This document shows, piece after piece, positions 8,701 through 15,943 of a DNA stretch of 64,000 nucleotides; position 1 is the first letter of the stretch; each line of letters opens with the position of its first letter. The position numbers were made by a program, and so were the translations under genes. The notes beneath the pieces were generated by a model. The model was not told the origin of the DNA. It was given only the letters and a program-made list of their open reading frames with translations, and searched no databases. This DNA is from a virus, in IMG/VR virus record IMGVR_UViG_3300016657_000126, positions 120,885 through 184,884 of that record; one strand, given 5' to 3'.

Positions 8701-10452
8701 GACCTTCTCCCACGAAGTTGTCGGCAGGCCCTTCTCTTTGTTGTTGGTCGATTTCACCGGAGTGAGGCCGATCACGTCAAAGAGCCAGCGCCGCATCATC
8801 GGAGCGCTTCGGATGTTGAACCCCGGTGCCTCGCGCATGTGGTGGAAGAACGCCAGCGCCTGGTCCTTCTTTTCAGGCCCGACCAGGTCCAGCAACTTCC
8901 GCTCGGCCTCACCGTGCTTCAGCGCCTCAGGGCTGGTCAGCAGCTGGAGACACTCCAGACCGACGGTGAGCCCACGCATGCCGAACGCCCCCTGCAGGAA
9001 GCGGAGAAACAGCGTGCGCGCCTCGTTCGCCACCCGCTGCTTAAATCGGATGTTCAGCTCCTGCGTGGCGAACGTAAACAGATCACGCAGCTCGTCCATG
9101 CGCTGCACGTTCATCGGAAGTCCGACGATCGCGAAGTTGGTGAACACGTCGCTCACGAACGGGAGGAACGTGTTCATGAAGTAGGCCGCGGTGCCTTCGG
9201 CGACCATCCTGCGCAGCAAATACGGCCATGCGCGGTAAGGCGTCAGCACGTCGTAGCAGCCGTAGGGCTCAATCAGTTTGTCGGGCACGTAACCGAAGCC
9301 GTCGTCCTCGCTCTGGCGGTTAGCCTTATACCAGAGCATCAGCTCGATGTCGTAGCGACCAAACGGCGTGTAGCGGATAGACAACTCTTCCAAACCGCCG
9401 CCGACGTCTTCGTCGACTACCTGCTGACCGAACTCAGTGTCGAACTCCGTGCGTTGATACCACTCCAGATCCAGGAATTTATCCATCCACGGGTAGTCCG
9501 CGGAGATGTGATGACCTAGATAGCGCGTCTGCTTTTTATTCAACACGCGGCCGAGAATTTGTCCGCAAGTCTTGTAAGGCGCGTTCATCACATACTCCGC
9601 GCGCTCATTCATGAACTGAAAGAAGAACGCGCGCGTCGGTGTAGGCGCGGCTTGGAAACTCCTCAGAAGACCATCCACGTGACTGCGGCCTTTCCACTCA
9701 CAGTCCACGGAGAACAGGCTGTATTTCTTTTCCTCCCACTCACGCACAACATTCTCCATCTGCTCCGTGTTGCGCACGAAGGTCATCTCGGAGGGAATCA
9801 CGTCAACGACCACGCCGTTGATTTGATCCCACATCCGTTTCACCTGCTTCATGTCCACATTGAAGCGCTCGATATACTCCGGCTTGAACACCGGCAGCAT
9901 GATGTCGGGCATCAGGTAGACGCGCGCGTTGACTAGCGCCGAGTGAAACCAACCACCCTGCAAATCGCTGATCGACCCCTTCACATCCACCAACACATCG
10001 AACGCCGGCTTTCCAAGGCAGACGATGATCTTCGGCTGGACGCGCTTTATCTCGGCGAGCAACGCCGGGGTTGCCATAGCGATGGCGTCGCGGTCGGGCT
10101 TCTTGCGCTCTTCCTTTGGGAGGAGCCACTTCACCAGGGCCGTGAAGTAGCAGTCGTCCATGTCGATCGCCGCGTTGCGCGCGCAGTCGGTGAGAATGAC
10201 GCCAGACCCACTCTTCAGATAGCGCGGCTTGTCCTCGATGGAAGCTCCGGTGAACGTGCGCTCCCGGTCCATCGCCTCGTCCTCCTGCAGCGACGTCTGG
10301 ATGAACATCACGTCGCTCGGCGTCTTTCCCGCCCCGGCGACAAACAAGACGTCCGACCAGCGGCGCGTGGTCTTTACGTCATGCGGATGTTCCGTGGGTC
10401 TCGGTGTAGCCAAAGCCACCCGAGGTTTGAATGAGCGGCGTTCTTCAAACAT
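5719..10452 (-). CDS. polA: family A DNA polymerase with N-terminal uracil-DNA-glycosylase-like domain (SPO1-type), 3'-5' exonuclease and an intein
   Basis: UDG-like YFTALVKW..EIKRVQPKIIVCLG; exonuclease SVDCEW/HHISAD/YGCYD; TDTGRPRSWKPN; motif A DYDTAEIR; motif B KVGNFS|TAYG split by intein; NFPCQ; motif C LYDS. Confidence 0.93.
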   Translation of the reverse strand: MFEERRSFKPRVALATPRPTEHPHDVKTTRRWSDVLFVAGAGKTPSDVMFIQTSLQEDEAMDRERTFTGASIEDKPRYLKSGSGVILTDCARNAAIDMDDCYFTALVKWLLPKEERKKPDRDAIAMATPALLAEIKRVQPKIIVCLGKPAFDVLVDVKGSISDLQGGWFHSALVNARVYLMPDIMLPVFKPEYIERFNVDMKQVKRMWDQINGVVVDVIPSEMTFVRNTEQMENVVREWEEKKYSLFSVDCEWKGRSHVDGLLRSFQAAPTPTRAFFFQFMNERAEYVMNAPYKTCGQILGRVLNKKQTRYLGHHISADYPWMDKFLDLEWYQRTEFDTEFGQQVVDEDVGGGLEELSIRYTPFGRYDIELMLWYKANRQSEDDGFGYVPDKLIEPYGCYDVLTPYRAWPYLLRRMVAEGTAAYFMNTFLPFVSDVFTNFAIVGLPMNVQRMDELRDLFTFATQELNIRFKQRVANEARTLFLRFLQGAFGMRGLTVGLECLQLLTSPEALKHGEAERKLLDLVGPEKKDQALAFFHHMREAPGFNIRSAPMMRRWLFDVIGLTPVKSTNNKEKGLPTTSWEKVMAMTPARQKEFTPSTDKQTLQILADKHETIGELLNLNAVGNLSKAFLKEPEIDEETGEVTKENGLHFWLCSDQRVHCQYSTTDTGRPRSWKPNTLNWPSYVNKRISEGVGKLLLELKEANRLPEKFEKYLVGAMQYPKLDDRVEKVGKNIPSIRGCVDISSLPPVPGSKGWCIVEYDYDTAEIRGKAFMSGDENLIRLMTEPDTQFGLVKEGTETMPVRLRYDADCGIPEGNRNPQAIMHLMKEGKVIRKVEEHELLRKDGKLRHPKHDLHWSLAEWVQEKPREYLNKKKDRDGIGKVGNFSCLPADVGVLTNNGVKKIKEVSKDFDLLWDGVDWVRHEGLICKGEQHIIEYQGLRATVDHGVWLMDGREVFFGEAALAGLDLARTGSEAGQARLAGFATEAGAVSKQQRQSGGADILPALRGGASEMATPSGIWQRHSLCVSGAEEGRNSLSASHAVSVHEAALQHVDARQLLQLQGAGNPGAVSGQGALHLVGAQQVAGRDLQGEGFRSDRQRRPLLAGQSSPGGPSDQSREHASFDPIIWSEDASVRCGASGGEAGVQDSPQSALLRSDGGAAGGEVECRGVSHQGAATGEFGFREGGRILGGASGGGVRSGSGAQACLEGLDRSSNPGSVEEVVGESGSREHLRGGQASARCALGSLVQLSGQAPEAGKDCGGNRRNREDQGIAPERLQNSSRVHGHPPGNPVLGVACKGVVRQGNAAGGNPAAILGVNGYRGRPRDVLIAELRARGFELTLEPVYDLVNAGPRHRFTANGVLVSNTAYGAVDSTLERKIESDAGFKPPEGTGSKILGAIAKREPVATRWLEEDLQRAPEHPGFLVAQSGRRRHFAGYGMLGGSISGRDRRAQLSAMGRVARNFPCQESVAATSARAGINLVDEYRRRGMHARLMTILYDSCVSICPVEERFLVSRLHEIYMTEKNTWFDHGRVWFYPASGEFNLAWSSRPSKDQLKLLDDPTWANDPVWLKEEFRQAA
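6361..7794 (-). mobile_element. intein (478 aa) in polymerase motif B
   Basis: Starts CLPADVGVLT, block B ATVDHGV, ends VYDLVNAGPRHRFTANGVLVSN followed by Thr(+1). Removal restores KVGNFSTAYG. Confidence 0.92.
6471..7703 (-). CDS. HNH homing endonuclease nested out-of-frame inside the intein
   Basis: CPRC..CAC, MKQRC, YKGRGI, DRIDNDGPYSPDNLRLV...N, then four HTH-like repeats (AHPE..G.T.E). +1 frame relative to polA; start codon uncertain (TTG). Confidence 0.85.
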   Translation of the reverse strand: MTGSATKGLSAKVNSTSSNTKDSVPPSTTVSGLWTEERSSSEKLLWQVSISPELAARLAKLGLQGLQLRPALFRNSKGNLAVQTFCPRCEVVRQKWLHHLESGKGIRCACQAPKKDEIRYRLRTRFQSMKQRCNTWTHASSYNYKGRGIQVLFQDKEHFISWALSKWPGETFKGKDFDRIDNDGPYSPDNLRLVDRRTNLENTRLSIRSFGAKTRAFVAAHPEVKLAFRTVRNLLFSGLTEEQLVEKWNAGEYRTKEQLRANSDFAKADAFLAAHPEVGFARAQVRKLVWRGWTEAQILAQWKKSSANPEAENTYAEARRLHAAHSALSFNYLVKLLKQGKTAAEIAEIARTKASRPNVSKIVREFMATHPEIQCSASHARALFDKGTPLEEILRRYSASTATEVVPAMS

Positions 10453-10669
10453 CGGAGGAAGTGCACTTGCTTATGACTTCGGCGAGAAAGTCGTTCGCCG
10501 CAGAAATGTCCGCCGCCATCTTTACTTTCCCAGCTTCGTTGGCGGCCTTTATCAGCGCAGCGTTCGATGCACGGTCGGCGTCCCATTTCTCTCGCAAGCG
10601 CTGACGCGCATCCGGCGGGAGGCTTTTGAACTTGTTGACGATGTCTTCGACCGAAATTTTTGAGGCCAT
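10445..10669 (-). CDS. small hypothetical protein
   Basis: Likely ATG at 10669 (MASKISVEDIV), 1 nt after the primase stop; overlaps the polA start. Confidence 0.6.
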   Translation of the reverse strand: MASKISVEDIVNKFKSLPPDARQRLREKWDADRASNAALIKAANEAGKVKMAADISAANDFLAEVISKCTSSDV

Positions 10670-10670
10670 T

Positions 10671-11897
10671 TTATTGGATACCGAGGGCAAGATAACGAAG
10701 ATAGGCGATCTCGTTTTTGTCGCACTCGCCCAAGTCCTTTCGATGGGCGGGAGGACGCAGAGAGCGTGTTGCGATGAAGGTGACTGTCTGGCGGAAGTAG
10801 TCTTCGGCGTCGGCACCGCCGGCGTCGTTGTCCATGATCGATACGGCTTCTTGAGCACCCGCCGCTATCAGGCGCGCCTGCTCCGGGCTGACGAACTTAC
10901 CAGTGGCGCCGACCGCCGGCGGTCCGAATTTGGCGGCGTCTAGCGGACCTTCGGTGAGGACAATGCGCCGCACCCAACCAGGGTGACGCGCCGCCATCAT
11001 GTCGTTCCAGCGGAGCGCGGCGTCGTAGCAGAACAGCACTTCGTTGCGCGACATGGCGTCGGCCGAGCGATAGCGGGTTATCCGCTTCCAATCATCTCCA
11101 TAGTCGGGGCGGATTACTTTCGTTTTGTCGGGCCCGGCGTATTCGACAGGCACCCATTCGTGGCGGTAAGGATGCAGGAAGTAGGTGTAGCCCTGGTGCG
11201 CCTGTTGGAGAATACGCGCCTGCCATCCGATGCAGCTACCATGCTGACGCCCGAAAAGAATGAGGCGATTCTGAGGCGTGTCTTTCCATCCATCGGGTCC
11301 CTTGCGGTAGTAGCGCTTCAGCGTGCCCTCGGGTAGTTCGACGTGGCAAAACGAGGCCTCGAGCATGTCGTGCAGGACCGCCAGATCGTAGCCACGATCG
11401 ACAACATACCGGACAGCCGGATGGTCGGCGGGGAGGTCCTTCAAGAAGGTGCACTGTCCGGGCTCGCCGGGAACGCGGCGACCGAGGTGATCGGTGACCA
11501 GCTTCAGCTCGTTGTCGACGGCCGTCACCGACACGACGGACTGCGCGTCCGGAATGCCGCGGCTCTGAATCGGTGGGTAATCCAGGATATCGAGCATCGA
11601 GATCTTTTTACCCGACTTCATACACATGGCGCAGTCGTCGTTATCGTAACTTCCGAGGCGCCCCTCCCACTTGCCGGTGCCGAAATACTTGTCCAAGTTC
11701 ACAGCCCCGTGCATGGAGATGAGTTCCTTGCGCCCGTCCAGCTGCAGACGAAGCGGACTCGGGAAGTAGGCGTGGAGACCGCCAGTTTCCTGGCGTATGC
11801 TCACAGGTCCGTGAATGCGTGAAAGCGCTTCAACGAAACGCAACACCTTTGGGTCGAGCGCAGAGACGCCGGATCCGTATTTGATCGAGACGCTCAT
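10671..11897 (-). CDS. dnaG: DnaG-type (TOPRIM) DNA primase
   Basis: YVVDRG, NRLILF, IGWQARI, LTEGPLDA, MDNDAGG, KDLGE. Confidence 0.88.
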   Translation of the reverse strand: MSVSIKYGSGVSALDPKVLRFVEALSRIHGPVSIRQETGGLHAYFPSPLRLQLDGRKELISMHGAVNLDKYFGTGKWEGRLGSYDNDDCAMCMKSGKKISMLDILDYPPIQSRGIPDAQSVVSVTAVDNELKLVTDHLGRRVPGEPGQCTFLKDLPADHPAVRYVVDRGYDLAVLHDMLEASFCHVELPEGTLKRYYRKGPDGWKDTPQNRLILFGRQHGSCIGWQARILQQAHQGYTYFLHPYRHEWVPVEYAGPDKTKVIRPDYGDDWKRITRYRSADAMSRNEVLFCYDAALRWNDMMAARHPGWVRRIVLTEGPLDAAKFGPPAVGATGKFVSPEQARLIAAGAQEAVSIMDNDAGGADAEDYFRQTVTFIATRSLRPPAHRKDLGECDKNEIAYLRYLALGIQ

Positions 11898-13633
11898 AGA
11901 TCGAGGATGGCGAAGTTTTTGATGGCGAGAGAATGAATTTCAGAGGCCAGATCGTCGTCCGGCATCGGGAGGTCCAGTTGACGTTTGTGCGGCAGGCAGA
12001 GCAGCAGGCGAATCTCGCGCTCGACGCGCGCCGGCTGGAAGTCGGACGGCTCCGGAATCGGGCCGTGAAGGCGCAGCTGGTTGATCGACACGCGGCGGGC
12101 CAACGCGGCCTCGTGCTCAAGCATGGAGTCGAACTCCGCCCGAATTTCGAGCAGGGTGCTCTTCACGCCGGCGACGAGAGACTGGATCGTGAGACCTCCG
12201 GTCAATGTCCAGAAAAGCTGAGGCGAGATCTGACGACCCAACAGGATCAGTGCGCGCCAGAGGTAGGAGTTGCGAAACACCTCGTCGTGGTAGGTGGACG
12301 CATTCGAGGAGAGGAAGCGCGTCACCGCGGCAAGATCCGTCATACCGAGCTCCCAGCCAGGAGCCGAGTGTTGAATCGAAGAACCGAGCCCGACGATCGT
12401 CTGGGTCAGAGACCAGGCGTTAACCGTATTCATTTCCTCGTTACGGAATATGAAAGCGGGCGCGGGGAATGACGCGCGGTCGACGGACGGAGCGAACAGC
12501 CCTTGGCAGAACAGGTCCTCGAAGGACGCGGAGAGACCGGCCATGTATTCCTGCTTCGGACGGTAGTTCACAGCGGTCCACGCATCGATGGCGGCGGATG
12601 ATGCGCGGCCGAAGGCTTCACGCCCGGCGAAAGTCTCCTCCGTCAAAGGGAACTCTTCACGGGAAGCCAGCGCCACGAGCAGCTGAGCCAGGGGGAGGTC
12701 GAGCTGGCGATCGGCAATCAGGCCGCGGATGCGGCGAGCGGTCAGCGACTGCCAAGACTCCACCGGACCAAGCCGGGTAGCGAGGACTTCCACGATCGCG
12801 GGCGCCGAGGGGTGACACGCCAGCAACCGACCAACGCGACTCCCTTTCGCCACGGAACCGGGGAGAGTCGCATTTTCCGAGGGCCGGGAGGGCTCGGATT
12901 CCGATGCTGTGTTCTGGTCCCCTTTCGCCTGCGAAAGGGTAAGGGTTAGATGATTGGGTTCGGAAGAACCCAATCCAATACGGTTGGCGTTTTCGCCTAC
13001 CCCGGTAGTCAAAAAATTAGCGGGAGTTGCGAGCTTCGATTCGGTGCGTTTGACCTGTGGGAGAAGGTCACGCGCGCTGAAGTAGGCCTCGAGATCCAAC
13101 CAGAACCCGGCGGCGTCGAGATCAGTGTCGACCGGAGCGCTCATTCCAACCCCCATCAGGAAACGCGCTGCCTCATTCGCGCTGGAGGCGTAGAGCATGT
13201 CCTGCACGCACAGGAACAGCCAGAGGCGTTCGGCGAGCTCGGTGAGATCGAATTCCTCCTTCGAGAACCAGGGAAGGACTTGCCCGCGGGCGTCATCGAG
13301 CGCCGCGGCGAAACCAACCGAGAACTTTGGTCCGTGCGTGAGCAGCCAGCGCGCCGAACCTTTGTTCGCCTGGCGCTTGAGCCCGTGTTCAGCATGCAGC
13401 GCCATAACCGCTCCGCAGCGGATCAGACTGCGCACGTGGCGGGAGGCTGTGCCGGCCGTGACCAGAGCGCCCTCTGCCAGCCTCGCGTTACTGAGCGTCG
13501 TCTTGCCGTGAATGTCGGCGAGATGATTGATCTGCGCGTAGACCGGGAAGAACGTCTTTCGCATGCCCGGAAACGACTTAACGTAATTCGAAAAACGCCC
13601 GGCGCGGGGCGCACGGAAGAAGATCCGAGCCAT
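11894..13633 (-). CDS. putative replication initiator (N-terminal winged HTH)
   Basis: LSNARLAEGALVTAGTASRHVRSLIRCGAV HTH; S/P-rich central linker; sits between DnaB and primase. Function inferred. Confidence 0.5.
   Translation of the reverse strand: MARIFFRAPRAGRFSNYVKSFPGMRKTFFPVYAQINHLADIHGKTTLSNARLAEGALVTAGTASRHVRSLIRCGAVMALHAEHGLKRQANKGSARWLLTHGPKFSVGFAAALDDARGQVLPWFSKEEFDLTELAERLWLFLCVQDMLYASSANEAARFLMGVGMSAPVDTDLDAAGFWLDLEAYFSARDLLPQVKRTESKLATPANFLTTGVGENANRIGLGSSEPNHLTLTLSQAKGDQNTASESEPSRPSENATLPGSVAKGSRVGRLLACHPSAPAIVEVLATRLGPVESWQSLTARRIRGLIADRQLDLPLAQLLVALASREEFPLTEETFAGREAFGRASSAAIDAWTAVNYRPKQEYMAGLSASFEDLFCQGLFAPSVDRASFPAPAFIFRNEEMNTVNAWSLTQTIVGLGSSIQHSAPGWELGMTDLAAVTRFLSSNASTYHDEVFRNSYLWRALILLGRQISPQLFWTLTGGLTIQSLVAGVKSTLLEIRAEFDSMLEHEAALARRVSINQLRLHGPIPEPSDFQPARVEREIRLLLCLPHKRQLDLPMPDDDLASEIHSLAIKNFAILDL
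12842..12998. repeat. cluster of inverted and direct repeats in the linker of the initiator-like gene (candidate origin)
   Basis: CCCTTTCGC-ct-GCGAAAGGG (12920-12939); GATTGGGTTC-ggaa-GAACCCAATC (12952-12975); TTTCGCC at 12845, 12923 and 12991. Confidence 0.4.
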
Positions 13634-13720
13634 GAGAATTCCTTGAAGGGTTTAAGTGGGTGAGCACCTTGAGGGTGCTCGGGGAAGAACCAACAAGCCC
13701 CTGTGGGGAGACTTGGTCAA
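13634..13720 (-). promoter_or_regulatory. promoter/leader of initiator-like gene with hairpin, RBS and predicted sRNA target
   Basis: TTGACC at 13720-13715; hairpin GAGCACC-ctcaa-GGTGCTC; CCCACTTAAACCCTTCAAGGAATT (includes AAGGA) just before the ATG. Confidence 0.55.
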
Positions 13721-13742
13721 TACCTTTTCCCTAAGTAAGGGA

Positions 13743-15239
13743 TCAGGCCATGTCTATCAGGCGCTGGAAGTGATACTTAGCGCGGCTGAATCGAACCGAG
13801 CCGCCGGTGCCCTTACGAGCTTTCGAGATGTAGTAGTTCTGCTGCACTTCGAAGGCTACCTGCGCACCGGGTGTGTTGCCGCCCTCATCGCGCACGCGCA
13901 TACCCGACATACCGATGATGTTGGTGAAGTTGTTACCGAGGGACTTGTTTTCCTGCAAGTTCTCGGACTTCACCATCCAGTTATCATAGCCCTCGGCCTT
14001 GATTGCGCGCGCCTGCGCGTAAGCGATTCCGATCAGCTTGTGCGTGCGCACGGCTTCGCAAAAAGCGTCGGCGAGCATCTGCATGTAGAAGCGGTAATTC
14101 GCGGCCGCTGCAGTGGTCAGTTCCACGCCGCCGCCGATCCAGTCCAGCATGATCACGTCGATACCATTCATCGTATCGCCGTAGAGTTTGATCAGATCGT
14201 TGAGCTTCGCGTGCAGACCCATGTCACCCTTCTTCCACTTCAACATGCGCAGCTCGCCGCCGTTGGCGCGGAGGCGCTGAGCACCGGCGATGTAGTTGCG
14301 GTAGGCGGTGAGCTCATCCGGCGCCAAACGCGACGCGTCGAAACCATCCGCCAGTTTGTTAAACGGGATGTTGCACTCGCGCGAGATGTTGCGCAGCTCG
14401 ACCTCCGCGGGCTCCTGCTCGGTGGATATCGCGAGCACCTTCAGCCTGTGCGCGTTGAACAGGTCGAACCCGCACTGCGCGAAGTGAATCGTCTTTCCCA
14501 CCGCCTGCGCGGCGATCATCAACGTGGCCTCCTTCTTACGGAAGCCACCGCCCATCACTTTCGAGATACCCGGAGACACCGCGCTGTAGGCCGGCAGGAT
14601 CTCGACGATCTTTCCCTCGAGGTTGATGGCCATCTGCTCCGACGTGTCCGTCGTCTCACCCATCGCGATCTGCTGCGTGACCGCGTTGATCTCCTCGCGG
14701 ACCTTGTCCAGCCCTATGCGTGACGAGCTCAGCTTAGCCTGGAGACGTTGTTGGCGGCGGCCTTGGATCCAGGCCTTCGCTATGCGCTCGGCTACCTGAA
14801 GGAAGTCGGCTGGGACTCCGGGGTCATAGATTTGCTGGAGACGCTGCAGCGCCACCGGAAGCTCGGCTTCGCTGATGGCGACGCCCCGCTTAACCATGCT
14901 CTGGAGCGCGGACAGGACCAGCGTCTGGGAAGCGCCAGGCATGTCTTTCTCTTCCAGCCGGAGATGCGCCGCGTTACCCATGTGGACCTGATAGATCGCC
15001 ACGTAGATGGCGTTGTCCGGCGGGAACGCGAAGTCGTCGCAGTGCATCTTCGGCTTCGGACGACCTACCTCCAGTGTGAGCTTGGGCGTCTCAATGCAGA
15101 TGACTTCGGACCAGCGCTTCCAGAATCGGTAGTCGCGAGCGGCGGCGGCCAGCACGTAGACGTCGGCACTCGCGCCAAGCTGCTGCAGCATGGCCTGCAC
15201 TGCGCGCTCATGATTTTGATCAACCAATTCTCCGCTCAT
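13743..15239 (-). CDS. dnaB: DnaB-like replicative helicase
   Basis: AAQAVGKT, AISTEQ, VIMLDW, AYAQ, ISKARKG. Confidence 0.88.
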   Translation of the reverse strand: MSGELVDQNHERAVQAMLQQLGASADVYVLAAAARDYRFWKRWSEVICIETPKLTLEVGRPKPKMHCDDFAFPPDNAIYVAIYQVHMGNAAHLRLEEKDMPGASQTLVLSALQSMVKRGVAISEAELPVALQRLQQIYDPGVPADFLQVAERIAKAWIQGRRQQRLQAKLSSSRIGLDKVREEINAVTQQIAMGETTDTSEQMAINLEGKIVEILPAYSAVSPGISKVMGGGFRKKEATLMIAAQAVGKTIHFAQCGFDLFNAHRLKVLAISTEQEPAEVELRNISRECNIPFNKLADGFDASRLAPDELTAYRNYIAGAQRLRANGGELRMLKWKKGDMGLHAKLNDLIKLYGDTMNGIDVIMLDWIGGGVELTTAAAANYRFYMQMLADAFCEAVRTHKLIGIAYAQARAIKAEGYDNWMVKSENLQENKSLGNNFTNIIGMSGMRVRDEGGNTPGAQVAFEVQQNYYISKARKGTGGSVRFSRAKYHFQRLIDMA

Positions 15240-15943
15240 AGTTCACCTCCGGTGTTAAGCCAGGTCCACAATGCGCTCACATCTTTTCCCATTTTGATCA
15301 GAGCCATACCCAACGTCTGATCCTCCAAAAGCGCCTGCTTAATTTCGTAGCCAAATTTTTTTCGTATTTCAGGGGTTAGGCCGCCCAGAATAGGGCGGCA
15401 GATCGGGGTCATCACGATAGACTGAACTGCCACAGCCTCCACGAAACCCGGGTCGTTGATGGTTACGTTGCGCGCTCGGAATATCTCGAACTGAGCTTCG
15501 CGAAGGTCATCTTTGATGTCTCCAATCCGGACGGCGATGATGTCGTCCAGGGTTTTTGGATCAACCGCCGTCGGATTCAGCTTCGCGGTGTGGATTGCTG
15601 TCGTCGCAGTTCCAGTGACCACAGACACCGCTATTCCCCGCGCGTTCTTCTCGTCGACGTAGCGTTTCACCCAGCCGGCCGACGCGCTACCCCCGAGCAT
15701 GTTCACGAAAGGTCCCTCGGCCATGCGACAGGCGGAGAAGCAGGCCTTGACGTAGACGTCTGCCGTCACCCCCATGCTGTGGGCTTGCGCGGCAGCCAAC
15801 GCGAAGAAGTTTCCGCCGGAGTCGCGCGACCTGGGTTTGTAGGGCTTGCGCATGCGATCGCTCTTCGCGGCCGCGTAGGCTTTTCGTATCTCACGTTCCA
15901 GCTGCGAAAGCTGCGCAAGCCGGAGGTCTTCGTTTACAGACAT
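15236..15943 (-). CDS. hypothetical protein (replication cluster)
   Basis: 235 aa ORF coupled to dnaB. Confidence 0.65.
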   Translation of the reverse strand: MSVNEDLRLAQLSQLEREIRKAYAAAKSDRMRKPYKPRSRDSGGNFFALAAAQAHSMGVTADVYVKACFSACRMAEGPFVNMLGGSASAGWVKRYVDEKNARGIAVSVVTGTATTAIHTAKLNPTAVDPKTLDDIIAVRIGDIKDDLREAQFEIFRARNVTINDPGFVEAVAVQSIVMTPICRPILGGLTPEIRKKFGYEIKQALLEDQTLGMALIKMGKDVSALWTWLNTGGEL

